Shown here: in pieces, positions 27,844 through 36,989 of the stretch
Layout of the letters: every line of letters begins with the position of its first letter
How positions within the stretch are numbered: the first letter of the stretch is position 1
Source of the DNA: Bacteroidota bacterium
GTDB lineage: Bacteria; Bacteroidota; Bacteroidia; Chitinophagales; BACL12
NCBI GenBank assembly: GCA_016124275.1
Contig: WGOA01000014.1
Location: 71,833-135,832, forward strand
Direction of reading: 5' to 3'
DNA length: 64,000 bases
Translations under genes and position numbers: made by a program
The notes under the pieces: model-generated
Seen by the model: only the letters and a program-made list of their open reading frames with translations
Database searches by the model: none
What the model was told of the DNA's origin: nothing

Positions 27844-28914
27844 ATGGTTTTATTGCCTCTTCCGCGAGGATTGGATTTCTGGCCTCGGCTTTCCTGTTTT
27901 CGGGTTTTGTGGTTTTTTGCGCTGCTGCTGGGGCCGCTCACGGATGCGTATTCGCAGGGTGCAGACATGGTGTTTTGCACCGATACCACTTATTGCGAAC
28001 CGAGTGTTAACGGTATGCCGCGTTCCAAAGCGGTGGAGTTTTCTTACGAAGGGGTGATTCGCTATCCCTATCAGGCCAGTTCAAGTTTGAGCAATCCGGA
28101 ATCAACAACCCGTTCCATCGCCGATGAAAAGCGGTTCCAGGTCAAAGTCAAGTTTCCGATTTACTTGGGCGAATCCTGGAAGGTGGCAGCGGGCTTTCAG
28201 TATTTTAATGAAGAATTCCAGTTCAACGATTTGGACAACCCTGATTTTGTGCTCGGCGATGTCCTGGACGAGCGCAATCTCAAGAGCATCGGCGGGCGGA
28301 TTTATGCAGCGAAGTCCTGGAGGGGCAAACATTACTTCGCGCTTCGCGCCGGTGCCGATCTGAACGGCGACTACGGCACAGATAAGCAGCCCAAAAGCGA
28401 CTACCTGCGCGTATCGGTGGCGCCGCTTTTCGGCATCAAGAAAGATCCCAATACGGTTTATGGGTTTGGGCTGGCCTGGGGCTACAATTTTGGCAGACCC
28501 AGTGTATATCCCTTTCTGGTTTACAATAAAACGTTCAACGAGCACTGGGGTCTGGAAACCATCCTTCCTGCAAAAGCGGCGGTGCGGGTCAATTTTTCGG
28601 AGCGTACCTTGCTTTATTCAGGTTTTCAATTGGAAGGGGCTAGCTACACCATCGACCCTCAGCGCGACGACCTGGATCGTTTCAGCAGCCTGCATCTTCA
28701 AAAATCTGAAATTCGGTTGTTTGCCAACCTGGAGCGCGAAATTCACGATTTTCTATGGCTTCAGGCGGAATTGGGGGTGCGGTTCAACAACCGCTTTGAA
28801 CTGACCAACAACGCCATTATCAACCCCGTATCTATTGTTGATGTGCAGCGGCAACCGGCGTTCTATTTCAGGACGGGAATCTTTCTGGTGCCGCCCCGGA
28901 AGTTTTTGGAGTGA
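27844..28914 (+). CDS. hypothetical outer-membrane protein
   Basis: ORF with a signal-like FRVLWFFALLLGPLTDAYSQ and beta-strand-like alternating residues. The start is uncertain: ATG 27844 or TTG 27814. No family recognised. Confidence 0.55.
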   Translation: MVLLPLPRGLDFWPRLSCFRVLWFFALLLGPLTDAYSQGADMVFCTDTTYCEPSVNGMPRSKAVEFSYEGVIRYPYQASSSLSNPESTTRSIADEKRFQVKVKFPIYLGESWKVAAGFQYFNEEFQFNDLDNPDFVLGDVLDERNLKSIGGRIYAAKSWRGKHYFALRAGADLNGDYGTDKQPKSDYLRVSVAPLFGIKKDPNTVYGFGLAWGYNFGRPSVYPFLVYNKTFNEHWGLETILPAKAAVRVNFSERTLLYSGFQLEGASYTIDPQRDDLDRFSSLHLQKSEIRLFANLEREIHDFLWLQAELGVRFNNRFELTNNAIINPVSIVDVQRQPAFYFRTGIFLVPPRKFLE

Positions 28915-28973
28915 CCCCAGGGCATGCAAAGGCATTCTGCTTTATCGGTTCTTTGCCTTTAAGATAGCATTGA

Positions 28974-31463
28974 TTACTGAGCGCGCTCGGTCCTTTCCAG
29001 CAATTCAGCCAGGTTGATGGATTCCGGTTTCGCTGGCGAAACTGCTACAGTTAACCGCATGGCTTGCATGCCTTGCACCCCTTGAAGGGGCTCAATGCGC
29101 AGGTACTCGATCGGTTCGCTGAAGACCCCTTTGAATTGGAGGTATTCGGCGTAGCGTTTGTATTCGGCAATATCGCGCTCGCTTTCAAAAGCGATGGTGA
29201 CTTTGCCCACCTGCGTGATGCGCTCGCCGCTTCCTTCAACCGTAGCCTTGTCCAGGCGCTTCTTGATGATTTCGTAGCGAACATTATAGCCGCCTTCTAC
29301 ATCAAAGCGTTTCTCATCCATCCGGAAGAGGATATCCAGGGGATTGCTGTGCACCAGGATGAGCTGCGCTGTTTCCAGCGGCACCGAGAGCTGGTCGCGG
29401 AGCACGGCATTTTGTTGGGCAATCCGCGCCAGGCTGTGCAATTGCCAGAGCCGCAGGTTGTGAAGGTAGAGCGGATCAAAAGGTTTGCCGGGAACTAAAC
29501 TTTGACCTACGTATATATTGTATTCTACCCCATCTGTTTTGTAACGCTCAAAATAATGGGGGAAAATCTGTTGCGCTTCTGCCTGGTGCAATTCCAACAT
29601 GCGGGTGATGTTGTCGTTGAGTCGGTTCAGGCTTTCTTCATATTGGCGGCGGCGCTTGTTGACAAACTGGGTTTCGGGATCCAACGCCGCCCGATAGGTG
29701 GCCAATGCCGGCCGGATGGCAGGTTGCACGGTTTCAAGGTGGGCGAACAAAGGGTGGATGTCACGGATTATAAAATCCTGGATGCTGCCTTCGTCCGAAG
29801 CCAGCAGCCGTCTTTTTAATCGGCTGCGGTAACGGCCGATGCGAAAATCCAACTCATCCAGCGCCGGTAAATGCAGGAGCACATTAGAGGCTTCAAGCAC
29901 CTTGGCGGCTAAACGAAGTTGTTCGCTGAGGTCTTCCTGAACTGCGGTATTGCGCTGATCATTGGAATGTCGGATGTCGGACTGGCCAAACAAGGGATAG
30001 ACCCCGTGGAAGCGGATGGGTGGCAGCGAAGCGGTTTGATTGGGATTGCGCTGTTCGAGGTAGCGTTTTGCACTCTCTTCAAACTTCCACTCTACTACCG
30101 GGTGAATGGCGGTAAAATGATCTTTGATGACTGCTTGCATTTCATTGGTCCAATCTTCCAGCGCACGTTGCAAGGCCATTCGCAGCATGGGCAACATGCG
30201 GCGGAAACGCAATGCATGCAGGGCGTGAATGCGGTTGGGTTGAGGGGAAGTAAGCTCCACGAAGCCGATCAGTTGACCGTCTTTTTCCAGTGGGCAAAGG
30301 AGAATGTTTCGTATGTTTTTGCTCAGGAGCCTGCGCTCCAATTCGGTAGGCTGTGCTACTTGAGCGAGGTCCTCAATCAGTTGTGGCTGCCTGGACTGCA
30401 CCATGCGCTGGTAAACCGAGCCCAATGCAGTGGCGCAATTTTGGTAAAAGTCACAACCGGCTAACAAAGGCGAAAGGTCCGTGTCATTGTGGCTGTGGCG
30501 CAGCAGGTTCCCGGCGGGGTCCATTGCCGCAAGACCGAGGTGCAGGTCCTGCAGGCCAAAGAAATCCTGCATGTTTTTTTCCACTTCGGCCAGGCAGGAT
30601 CGGTCCAGAATTTTGGCATTGCCCAACAAGCTTTGCTGGATCTGCAGAAAAGACTCCTCTTCGGTGATATCCACCAGTTCAAAGAGCATAAGCCCTTCGA
30701 ACTGAAATTTGGCGGGGTTGACCAATTCCAGCCAACCGGCCATGTTGTCCATTTCGCGCAGGCAGAGGTCAACCTGCTCGCGGCGGATGTTTGGTTTGCG
30801 GCCTTGCACCTTTATGCTGACCAGCGAAGGATCAATGACCGTGCGGTAATAGCGGTAAGTGCCGGTTTTTACATCAGGCACCCGGTAACTCATCGGGCTG
30901 TGGAAAAAAAGGTCTTGAAAACCGTATTCTTTGCTCAGAATGGCCAGGCAGGCAATCGTAATCTTGAAGCGAATCATCCCTTCCAGATTCATGCTGCCGG
31001 AGCGAGAATCCAGGTTGGTCATTTTGCTCAGGTCCAGCGTATCGCCGCTCATCAGGTCCCGAAAGCCTTCTGTCTGATGCAGCACCAGCGTCTTAAACGG
31101 CGGCATGACGGCGAGATTTTTTCCCGAACTGGCTACGCGGGGAAACAAGCCATTGAGCAGCATTTGCACCCAGTCCTGATGCGGTTCAAGGCTGGCCAGG
31201 TCGCTGATGGGCTCCCGGAGAAACGGATGCGCGTCAGCGTATTGCTGGATGTGCGCATTCAACGTTTTTTCCTGTTCCTGCGCCACGCTGGATTCTGTTT
31301 GCCAGCGTGCCAATAGCGACTGAAAACACAACACGGTAGAGAACGGAAACATGTCAGGCGAAGGGTGACCGGCCTTGGCCAACATTTCTTGTAAATCTTT
31401 CATAATCGCGCAATGTTCTACTGATCCTCGATACTGATCCTCGATAAGGAAGCAGGGATCCAT
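28974..31463 (-). CDS. large GAF-domain protein of unknown function
   Basis: 829-aa ORF. NILLCPLEKDGQLIGFVELTSPQP looks like the end of a GAF domain. No recognisable output domain. ATG 31403 (MKDLQEML) is an alternative start. Confidence 0.6.
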   Translation of the reverse strand: MDPCFLIEDQYRGSVEHCAIMKDLQEMLAKAGHPSPDMFPFSTVLCFQSLLARWQTESSVAQEQEKTLNAHIQQYADAHPFLREPISDLASLEPHQDWVQMLLNGLFPRVASSGKNLAVMPPFKTLVLHQTEGFRDLMSGDTLDLSKMTNLDSRSGSMNLEGMIRFKITIACLAILSKEYGFQDLFFHSPMSYRVPDVKTGTYRYYRTVIDPSLVSIKVQGRKPNIRREQVDLCLREMDNMAGWLELVNPAKFQFEGLMLFELVDITEEESFLQIQQSLLGNAKILDRSCLAEVEKNMQDFFGLQDLHLGLAAMDPAGNLLRHSHNDTDLSPLLAGCDFYQNCATALGSVYQRMVQSRQPQLIEDLAQVAQPTELERRLLSKNIRNILLCPLEKDGQLIGFVELTSPQPNRIHALHALRFRRMLPMLRMALQRALEDWTNEMQAVIKDHFTAIHPVVEWKFEESAKRYLEQRNPNQTASLPPIRFHGVYPLFGQSDIRHSNDQRNTAVQEDLSEQLRLAAKVLEASNVLLHLPALDELDFRIGRYRSRLKRRLLASDEGSIQDFIIRDIHPLFAHLETVQPAIRPALATYRAALDPETQFVNKRRRQYEESLNRLNDNITRMLELHQAEAQQIFPHYFERYKTDGVEYNIYVGQSLVPGKPFDPLYLHNLRLWQLHSLARIAQQNAVLRDQLSVPLETAQLILVHSNPLDILFRMDEKRFDVEGGYNVRYEIIKKRLDKATVEGSGERITQVGKVTIAFESERDIAEYKRYAEYLQFKGVFSEPIEYLRIEPLQGVQGMQAMRLTVAVSPAKPESINLAELLERTERAQ

Positions 31464-31673
31464 TCACCTGTAACTGAACGAAAGGCTTCTCCTAAAATAC
31501 AAACGTGCAGTTTGATGAGGCCCTTCTTTTCGACAAACGGCTGATTTTATGCGGTGAATGGTCGCTTTTTGGGGTTCAAACGGTTTTTTTCTGTATCATG
31601 CAGGCTCATTTATTCTCCTGCGGGGTTTTTACTGATGCCCCAGTTTAGGGGAACTGTTAACCTAACCCAATCG

Positions 31674-31955
31674 ATGAGCCGCAAAGAAAACCTGGAGGCA
31701 CTGCTCCAAAGCCTCCAAGCTGACCTTACCCTGACGACAGAACAAAGCACGGGCATACGAGGACTCGTCCAGACGCACATGGAGCAACGCAAGGCCCTTC
31801 GGGCGCAATTCGGTGAGGACAAAGTTGCCCGCAAAGAAGCCGTCAAACCGTTGAACCAACAATTGCGAAAAGACATCGGTTCCCTGCTGGATGCCCGCCA
31901 AAAGGACGTTTTCCAGCAGAACAAAGAGGCCTACAAAGAGATGCTTCGGGATTGA
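31674..31955 (+). CDS. small helical hypothetical protein
   Basis: 93 aa from ATG 31674 (MSRKENLEALLQSL..). Charged, helix-prone and Lys/Gln-rich. The start is uncertain because the track ORF begins at 31554. Confidence 0.45.
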   Translation: MSRKENLEALLQSLQADLTLTTEQSTGIRGLVQTHMEQRKALRAQFGEDKVARKEAVKPLNQQLRKDIGSLLDARQKDVFQQNKEAYKEMLRD

Positions 31956-32096
31956 TGGTCCGTTGTCAGCGTTAGGGAATTCTTGAAAGTGCTGGGGTGT
32001 GCTCCGCGCATGGGAACACGCATGGGCACGCGCATGCGTACCTGCGTGGGCACATGCTGTGAACCGGCAGAAGCAAGAACGCGCGATGCGGAACGG

Positions 32097-33326
32097 CTAC
32101 CGGTACACAAATTCACCGTAAGCACCCTTGACCAGGACTTCTGAAGCATCGGAAGTGGCAACGGCATCGGTATAGCCTGCAATACGCGCTTCGATGTTCC
32201 AGCGGCTGGCCAGCTGCACGAAGTCTTCGGCTGCCTGGGGCTCCACGTAACATTCCAAGCGCTGGCCCATGTTGAAGACCCGGTACATAGCGTGCCAGGG
32301 GGTTCCGCTGGCCTTCTGAATCAGGCGAAACAAGGGTGGGGCAGGAAACAAGTTTTCCTTGACCACCCGAATGCCCTGAAGAAAATGCAGCACTTTGGTT
32401 TGACCACCACCGGTAGTGTGGATGAGGCCCTGCAAAGCCGGGCGAAGGTGCTGAAACACTTCGCGCAAAAATGGGAGGTAAGTGCGGGTTGGAGACAAGA
32501 CCAGCCGCCCCATGTCCAGCTTGCTCAAGTCCGGATCGCCGGCTTGCGTAGGGACCGGATCGGTGAGGCGGTAAGGGCCGGAGTACACGAGATCGGTTTG
32601 GGTAGCGGGGTCGTAGCTCTCCGGGTATTTTTGTCGGTACACTGCGTGGAACAGGTCGTGCCGGGCAGAGGTAAGCCCGTTGCTGCCCATGCCGCCGTTG
32701 TAATGCGCCTCGTAACTGGCTTGGCCCGACGAAGACAAAACCACCAGGGCCGCGCCTGGCTTGATGGCGTTGACAAAAACGCGGTCCCGTCGAAGACGGG
32801 CGAAGGCCGTAAAGCCAACATCCGCCGTGCGGACGATATCGCCAACATCGGCGGTTTCTCCCCCTCCGTGGTGAATGACCACCCCCAGATCGCTCATTTG
32901 ATCCAGGAAGGCGGTGGTTCCGTTGATGAGCGCCGCGAGCACTTCGCCCGGAATCAAATGCTTGTTGCGACCGATGGTGGACGAAATCAACAGCGGTCCT
33001 GTTGCACCGGCGCAAGCCATGTCGTCCAGATTCATGACCAGCGCGTCCTGCGCAATACCGGCCCAAACGTCCAGGTTGCCGGTTTCGCGCCAATAGCAAT
33101 AAGCCAGCGATGTTTTTGTTCCGGCGGTGTCTGCGTGCAGAATGTTGGCAAAATCCGGGTCGCCGCCCGCTGCGTCGGGAAGAATTTTGCAGAAGGCGTT
33201 TGGAAACAGCCCTTTGTCCAGGTGCCGGATGGCATCGTGCACTTCGGACTTGCTGGCTGAAACGCCCCGCTGGTCGTAGCGGTCAGCGGAAAGGGGATCT
33301 TGCTGGGGCTTTTGGGTAGGCGTCAT
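32097..33326 (-). CDS. AIR synthase-related (PurM-like) protein
   Basis: 409 aa from ATG 33326. YDQRGVSASKSEVH, HADTAGTKT and GETADVGD resemble the PurM-superfamily N- and C-domains. Confidence 0.65.
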   Translation of the reverse strand: MTPTQKPQQDPLSADRYDQRGVSASKSEVHDAIRHLDKGLFPNAFCKILPDAAGGDPDFANILHADTAGTKTSLAYCYWRETGNLDVWAGIAQDALVMNLDDMACAGATGPLLISSTIGRNKHLIPGEVLAALINGTTAFLDQMSDLGVVIHHGGGETADVGDIVRTADVGFTAFARLRRDRVFVNAIKPGAALVVLSSSGQASYEAHYNGGMGSNGLTSARHDLFHAVYRQKYPESYDPATQTDLVYSGPYRLTDPVPTQAGDPDLSKLDMGRLVLSPTRTYLPFLREVFQHLRPALQGLIHTTGGGQTKVLHFLQGIRVVKENLFPAPPLFRLIQKASGTPWHAMYRVFNMGQRLECYVEPQAAEDFVQLASRWNIEARIAGYTDAVATSDASEVLVKGAYGEFVYR

Positions 33327-33380
33327 GGCAGCGGAACAAGGGGCTTGAAGTCCGTTGCGAAGATACAAAGGGCACTGCCG

Positions 33381-34598
33381 TCACGCGATTCGGGTGCGCA
33401 GCACAAACCAGGTAACCAGCACCAGAAAGCCAGCCAACGACGCGGTCAACATGATGGTGAACCACGGGGCGTAGTTGGTGAAATAGAGGGAGTTCAGGCT
33501 GAAGACCACCAGGGCAAGCCGGAGAATTTCGGCGCGGCGTACCCAGGATTTTTGTTCCATAATGGCCCCCACAATCATGGTAGAAACAAGGATAACGCCT
33601 AAAAACAGCACTTGGTAGAACACCCCGATTTCGTCAAAAAAGCTCATGTAAGCGACCAAACCGAGCGTAATGAGGACGAATTGCGCCAACAGGTATCCAT
33701 GCAGCGCCGCAGCGGCATGGGCATTGAATTTAGGTTTTTCGGGTTCAACCGGCGGCGGGGCCTGGTAGCCGCCCAATTCCGCAGGCAGCCAGCCAGGTTT
33801 GGCTACGATCAGGTAAAGTTTATCGCGCCAGCGAGTCATCCGTTTCATGGCAGCGCCCATTTCGGCATAGTAATGCAGGTTTGCCCAAGTGGGGTTCCAG
33901 GAGCGCAGCGGTCGGGTAATGCCGTAGGTGGGTTTCACGCCTTCTTCCTGAAAGGTGCCGAACAGCCGGTCCCAAACAATGAAGATGGCCGCGTGGTTTT
34001 TGTCGATGTATTCCGGGTTGACACCGTGGTGTACACGGTGGTGGCTGGGCGAATTGAGCACCCATTCGAACCAACGGGGCATGCGGTCCACAGCCTCGGT
34101 ATGCACCCAAAACTGGTACAGCGTAATGACCGCCCCGGCAGCAAAAAAGATCATGGGGTCAAAACCCAAAAGCGGGATGGGCAAGAAGATGAAAAAGGCC
34201 AACAGGTTATGAAACCAACTTTGGCGCAGCGCAACAGAAAGGTTGTAGTCTTCGCTGGAATGATGCACCACATGGGCACCCCACAGAAAATTCCAGGCAT
34301 GGCTCCAGCGGTGTGCCCAATAGTAGAAAAGATCAAAGATGACCAGGCACCCCACGAAGGACCAGATCGTTTGTGGTTGTCTTATTAGAGCAAAATGTTC
34401 ATATACGAAAGTGTATGCGCCAAGCAGGACAAATTTTTGGAAAAGGCTGAATACCTGGCTGCCGATGCCGATGTTCAGGTTGGTGATGGCGTCGTTAAAA
34501 CGGTAAAGCGTCCGCCCCTTGTACTTGCCGTACGCGTATTCAAGGCCTATGGCCAGAAAAAAGAAGGGAATGGCAAAGAGGATATAAACAGGTTCCAT
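33381..34598 (-). CDS. fatty-acid hydroxylase superfamily membrane oxygenase, alkylglycerol monooxygenase (AGMO/TMEM195)-like
   Basis: 405 aa and polytopic. His boxes HRWSH, HVVHH and HHRVHH. HHSSEDYNLSVALRQS, LYQFWVHTE, LNSPSHHRVHHG and IDKNHAAIFIVWDRLFGTF, plus an extra C-terminal helical domain, resemble animal AGMO as I recall it. Confidence 0.7.
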   Translation of the reverse strand: MEPVYILFAIPFFFLAIGLEYAYGKYKGRTLYRFNDAITNLNIGIGSQVFSLFQKFVLLGAYTFVYEHFALIRQPQTIWSFVGCLVIFDLFYYWAHRWSHAWNFLWGAHVVHHSSEDYNLSVALRQSWFHNLLAFFIFLPIPLLGFDPMIFFAAGAVITLYQFWVHTEAVDRMPRWFEWVLNSPSHHRVHHGVNPEYIDKNHAAIFIVWDRLFGTFQEEGVKPTYGITRPLRSWNPTWANLHYYAEMGAAMKRMTRWRDKLYLIVAKPGWLPAELGGYQAPPPVEPEKPKFNAHAAAALHGYLLAQFVLITLGLVAYMSFFDEIGVFYQVLFLGVILVSTMIVGAIMEQKSWVRRAEILRLALVVFSLNSLYFTNYAPWFTIMLTASLAGFLVLVTWFVLRTRIA

Positions 34599-34646
34599 GT
34601 GTGCCGCTGTTGTGTCCGTAAATTACGGAATTCCGGGCGAATAGCC

Positions 34647-36710
34647 TCAACGCCCCCGGCGACGGGGATCGGTTTCTATTTGCTCCGGTTCTTCGCTCTC
34701 CAGTTCTATCTCACCGAGTACCTTAAACGTAGTGCGCCGGTTGAGCTGGTGCTCTTCCTCGCTGCACTCGACGCCATCTGCACATCGGTTGAGCAGGCGC
34801 TGCTCGCCGTAACCCTTGGCTTCCATGCGAATGCCGGGAATGCCTTTGGTCACCAGGTAGGCCACGACTGAATTGGCGCGCCCGCGGCTCAGGACATCGT
34901 TGTACTCGGTGCGCCCGCGCGAGTCGGTATGCGAGCCGATTTCCACGGCCAGCGAAGGATTTTCGGCGAGTATTTTAACCAGCTTGTTCAACTCTGGAAA
35001 AGACTCTGCCCGCAGCGTGGTGTCGTCGAAATCATAATAAATGTTCTTGAGGGTGATGTCTTTTTCCGGTATGGGCTCCAGCACAATCCGAACATCCACG
35101 AAGAACGTATCGCCGGGGGTGTCCGGCAACCCGCTGGTGCTGACTTCCTCGGCGCGGGTAAAGTAGCCGCCGAGTTTTCCACTGACCCGGTAGTCGGTGG
35201 CAAAGCTGATCTGGGTGCGGAAGCGACCTTCTTTGTCCAGCTCCAGTTGGCCCTGGTCCACACCGGCACTTTGGTCAAAGAGAATGACCTGGGCCTGCGC
35301 CAGGGGCTTGTAGCCCGTTACCTCCGAGTCGGGATTTCGGGGGTCAGCCAGGGTTTTTTCTACAATGTCGCCACGGAGTTCGTAGCGGGGGGGTGGGGGG
35401 GGCGCTTTCTTCAACACAAAACGGTAAAGGTCATCGGAGCCTTCACCGCCGGGTCGTGAAGAGCTGAACAGGCCTGTCATCAGGGTGTCCGGGTGTGGGG
35501 TAGGCCGGGGCAACACCAACATGCCAAAATCATCGCCTCCGGAGTTCAGCGGATAACCCAAACCTTCCGGCCGGCTCCACACCTTACGGGTTTCGGTGCT
35601 TTGGAACAAGTCAAGCCCACCCATGCCGGGGTGGCCGTCTGAGCTGAAGTACAGTTGGCCTTCGGGCCCGATAGAGGGGAAAACTTCGTTACCAGTGGTG
35701 TTAATGGACGGACCGAGGTTAATGGGGCTTCCCCAGCCTTCTTCGCCTTGACGGACGTAGTAGAGGTCGGCTCCCCCGTAGCTCTCCAGATCGCCGGACG
35801 CTGAAAAATATAAGCGTTTGCCGTCCGGTGTCAGCGCAGGGTGGCCTATGTTGACCGAGTCTGTGAACAAATTCAACACTTCCGGTGCACTCCAGGTACC
35901 GTCTGGATCGCGGTAGCGGTAGAGCAAACGGCAGGCATCATCCACCTTTTTGTCGGAGCTGCCGCACTGGGTATACACCATTTCCGTAAAGTCTGCGCTG
36001 AACGTGGCCGTACCTTCGTAAAAGGCCTCGTTGATTTGAATGTCAAACGTGGTGGGGTCAAAATACTCCCCGCCGGGTCGCCGCAGCGCGATAAACAGGT
36101 CGTAGTACTTGCCGCCCGTCCATTCATTGTCCGCTTCTCCTACGGCGGAAGGGCGTCCAGAGGTGAACACAAGTGCAGCGCCTTCAAACAACATCGGTGC
36201 AAAATCTTCCGCCGGCGAATTCAGCGCTTTCAGGTTGCTGACCTCAAAATACGTTTCGCCCTTGAGTTGGTCCTGGATCCGCTGGCAAATGGCTATTTCG
36301 CGCTTGATTTCTGCCCGTCGGTCAGGGTCATCCTGCAGGTATTGTTGCAGCGAGGCAATGGCTGCCGGGTAATCCTCTTGTTTCTTCTGTTGTTGCGCCT
36401 GGTTGTAGAGCGCATCGGGTCCATACCCTTCGTTGTAGGCTTTGGCAAACCACCCCTCGGCCTGTGCCGGTTGGTTCAATGCGTCATAAGCCTGCCCGAT
36501 CCGGAACGCCTGTGCGGACTTGGTTGCCGGGTTTTTGTTGCCGGCGTATTCCTCTTTTAGCATTTCAGCCGCTACACTGTACTTGCCTAATTTGAAGGCT
36601 GTTTCCCCGTCGCGCAGCTTGCCTGTGCTCACGCATGAACTGAGGACCACCACAAGGACGGCGCAAACACTTAAAAGACTGGTGTTTAAGGATGGCAGGC
36701 GGACATTCAC
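34647..36710 (-). CDS. OmpA-family lipoprotein with TPR and TolB-like (PD40) beta-propeller repeats
   Basis: 687 aa with lipobox VVLSSC. TPR-like FRIGQAYDALNQPAQAEGWFAKAY. PD40-like LTPDGKRLYFSASGD and GPEGQLYFSSDG. C-terminal OmpA_C (EIGSHTDSRGRTEYNDVLSRGRANSV). Confidence 0.85.
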   Translation of the reverse strand: MNVRLPSLNTSLLSVCAVLVVVLSSCVSTGKLRDGETAFKLGKYSVAAEMLKEEYAGNKNPATKSAQAFRIGQAYDALNQPAQAEGWFAKAYNEGYGPDALYNQAQQQKKQEDYPAAIASLQQYLQDDPDRRAEIKREIAICQRIQDQLKGETYFEVSNLKALNSPAEDFAPMLFEGAALVFTSGRPSAVGEADNEWTGGKYYDLFIALRRPGGEYFDPTTFDIQINEAFYEGTATFSADFTEMVYTQCGSSDKKVDDACRLLYRYRDPDGTWSAPEVLNLFTDSVNIGHPALTPDGKRLYFSASGDLESYGGADLYYVRQGEEGWGSPINLGPSINTTGNEVFPSIGPEGQLYFSSDGHPGMGGLDLFQSTETRKVWSRPEGLGYPLNSGGDDFGMLVLPRPTPHPDTLMTGLFSSSRPGGEGSDDLYRFVLKKAPPPPPRYELRGDIVEKTLADPRNPDSEVTGYKPLAQAQVILFDQSAGVDQGQLELDKEGRFRTQISFATDYRVSGKLGGYFTRAEEVSTSGLPDTPGDTFFVDVRIVLEPIPEKDITLKNIYYDFDDTTLRAESFPELNKLVKILAENPSLAVEIGSHTDSRGRTEYNDVLSRGRANSVVAYLVTKGIPGIRMEAKGYGEQRLLNRCADGVECSEEEHQLNRRTTFKVLGEIELESEEPEQIETDPRRRGR

Positions 36711-36904
36711 GGATGGGAGGGACTTTAGTCCGCTAAACTAACCAAACGGAGGAACTGAGCGGAAAGTATAAGCCGGGCATTTCAGGGCTTGTTAGGAACT
36801 TGGCTGCTCCTGGATTTAAGCCGTTTGTCCACGGGGCGCTATTTCTGGCAGAACGAACAAGGTTCGGGAAGTTTTGTCGTGGAATAGAGCAAAAGCCAAT
36901 AGCT

Positions 36905-36936
36905 AAAAAAAACAGGCGGAGCTTGCGCCCCGCCTG
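36905..36936 (-). terminator. rho-independent terminator downstream of the type III glutamine synthetase gene
   Basis: The reverse strand reads CAGGCGG-ggcgcaagct-CCGCCTG followed by T8. The terminator stem starts 54 nt after the stop at 36990. Confidence 0.75.
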
Positions 36937-36989
36937 ACGGTTAACCTTAGCGTTGGTGAACAAGCTTGATCAACAGGGCTGGATGCCCT

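Noticed and set aside
32005-32058. Cluster of CGCATG(G/C)G-type short repeats and palindromes between the small helical protein gene and the PurM-like gene.
   Set aside because: The copies are short and imperfect, in a convergent 3' spacer. There is no stem plus U-tract or regular spacing, so this could be chance in GC-rich DNA.
36733-36963. 76-aa ORF in the spacer between the OmpA-family gene and the GSIII gene.
   Set aside because: It runs across the GSIII terminator hairpin and poly-T. It has no signal, motif or plausible start context, so it is probably non-coding.
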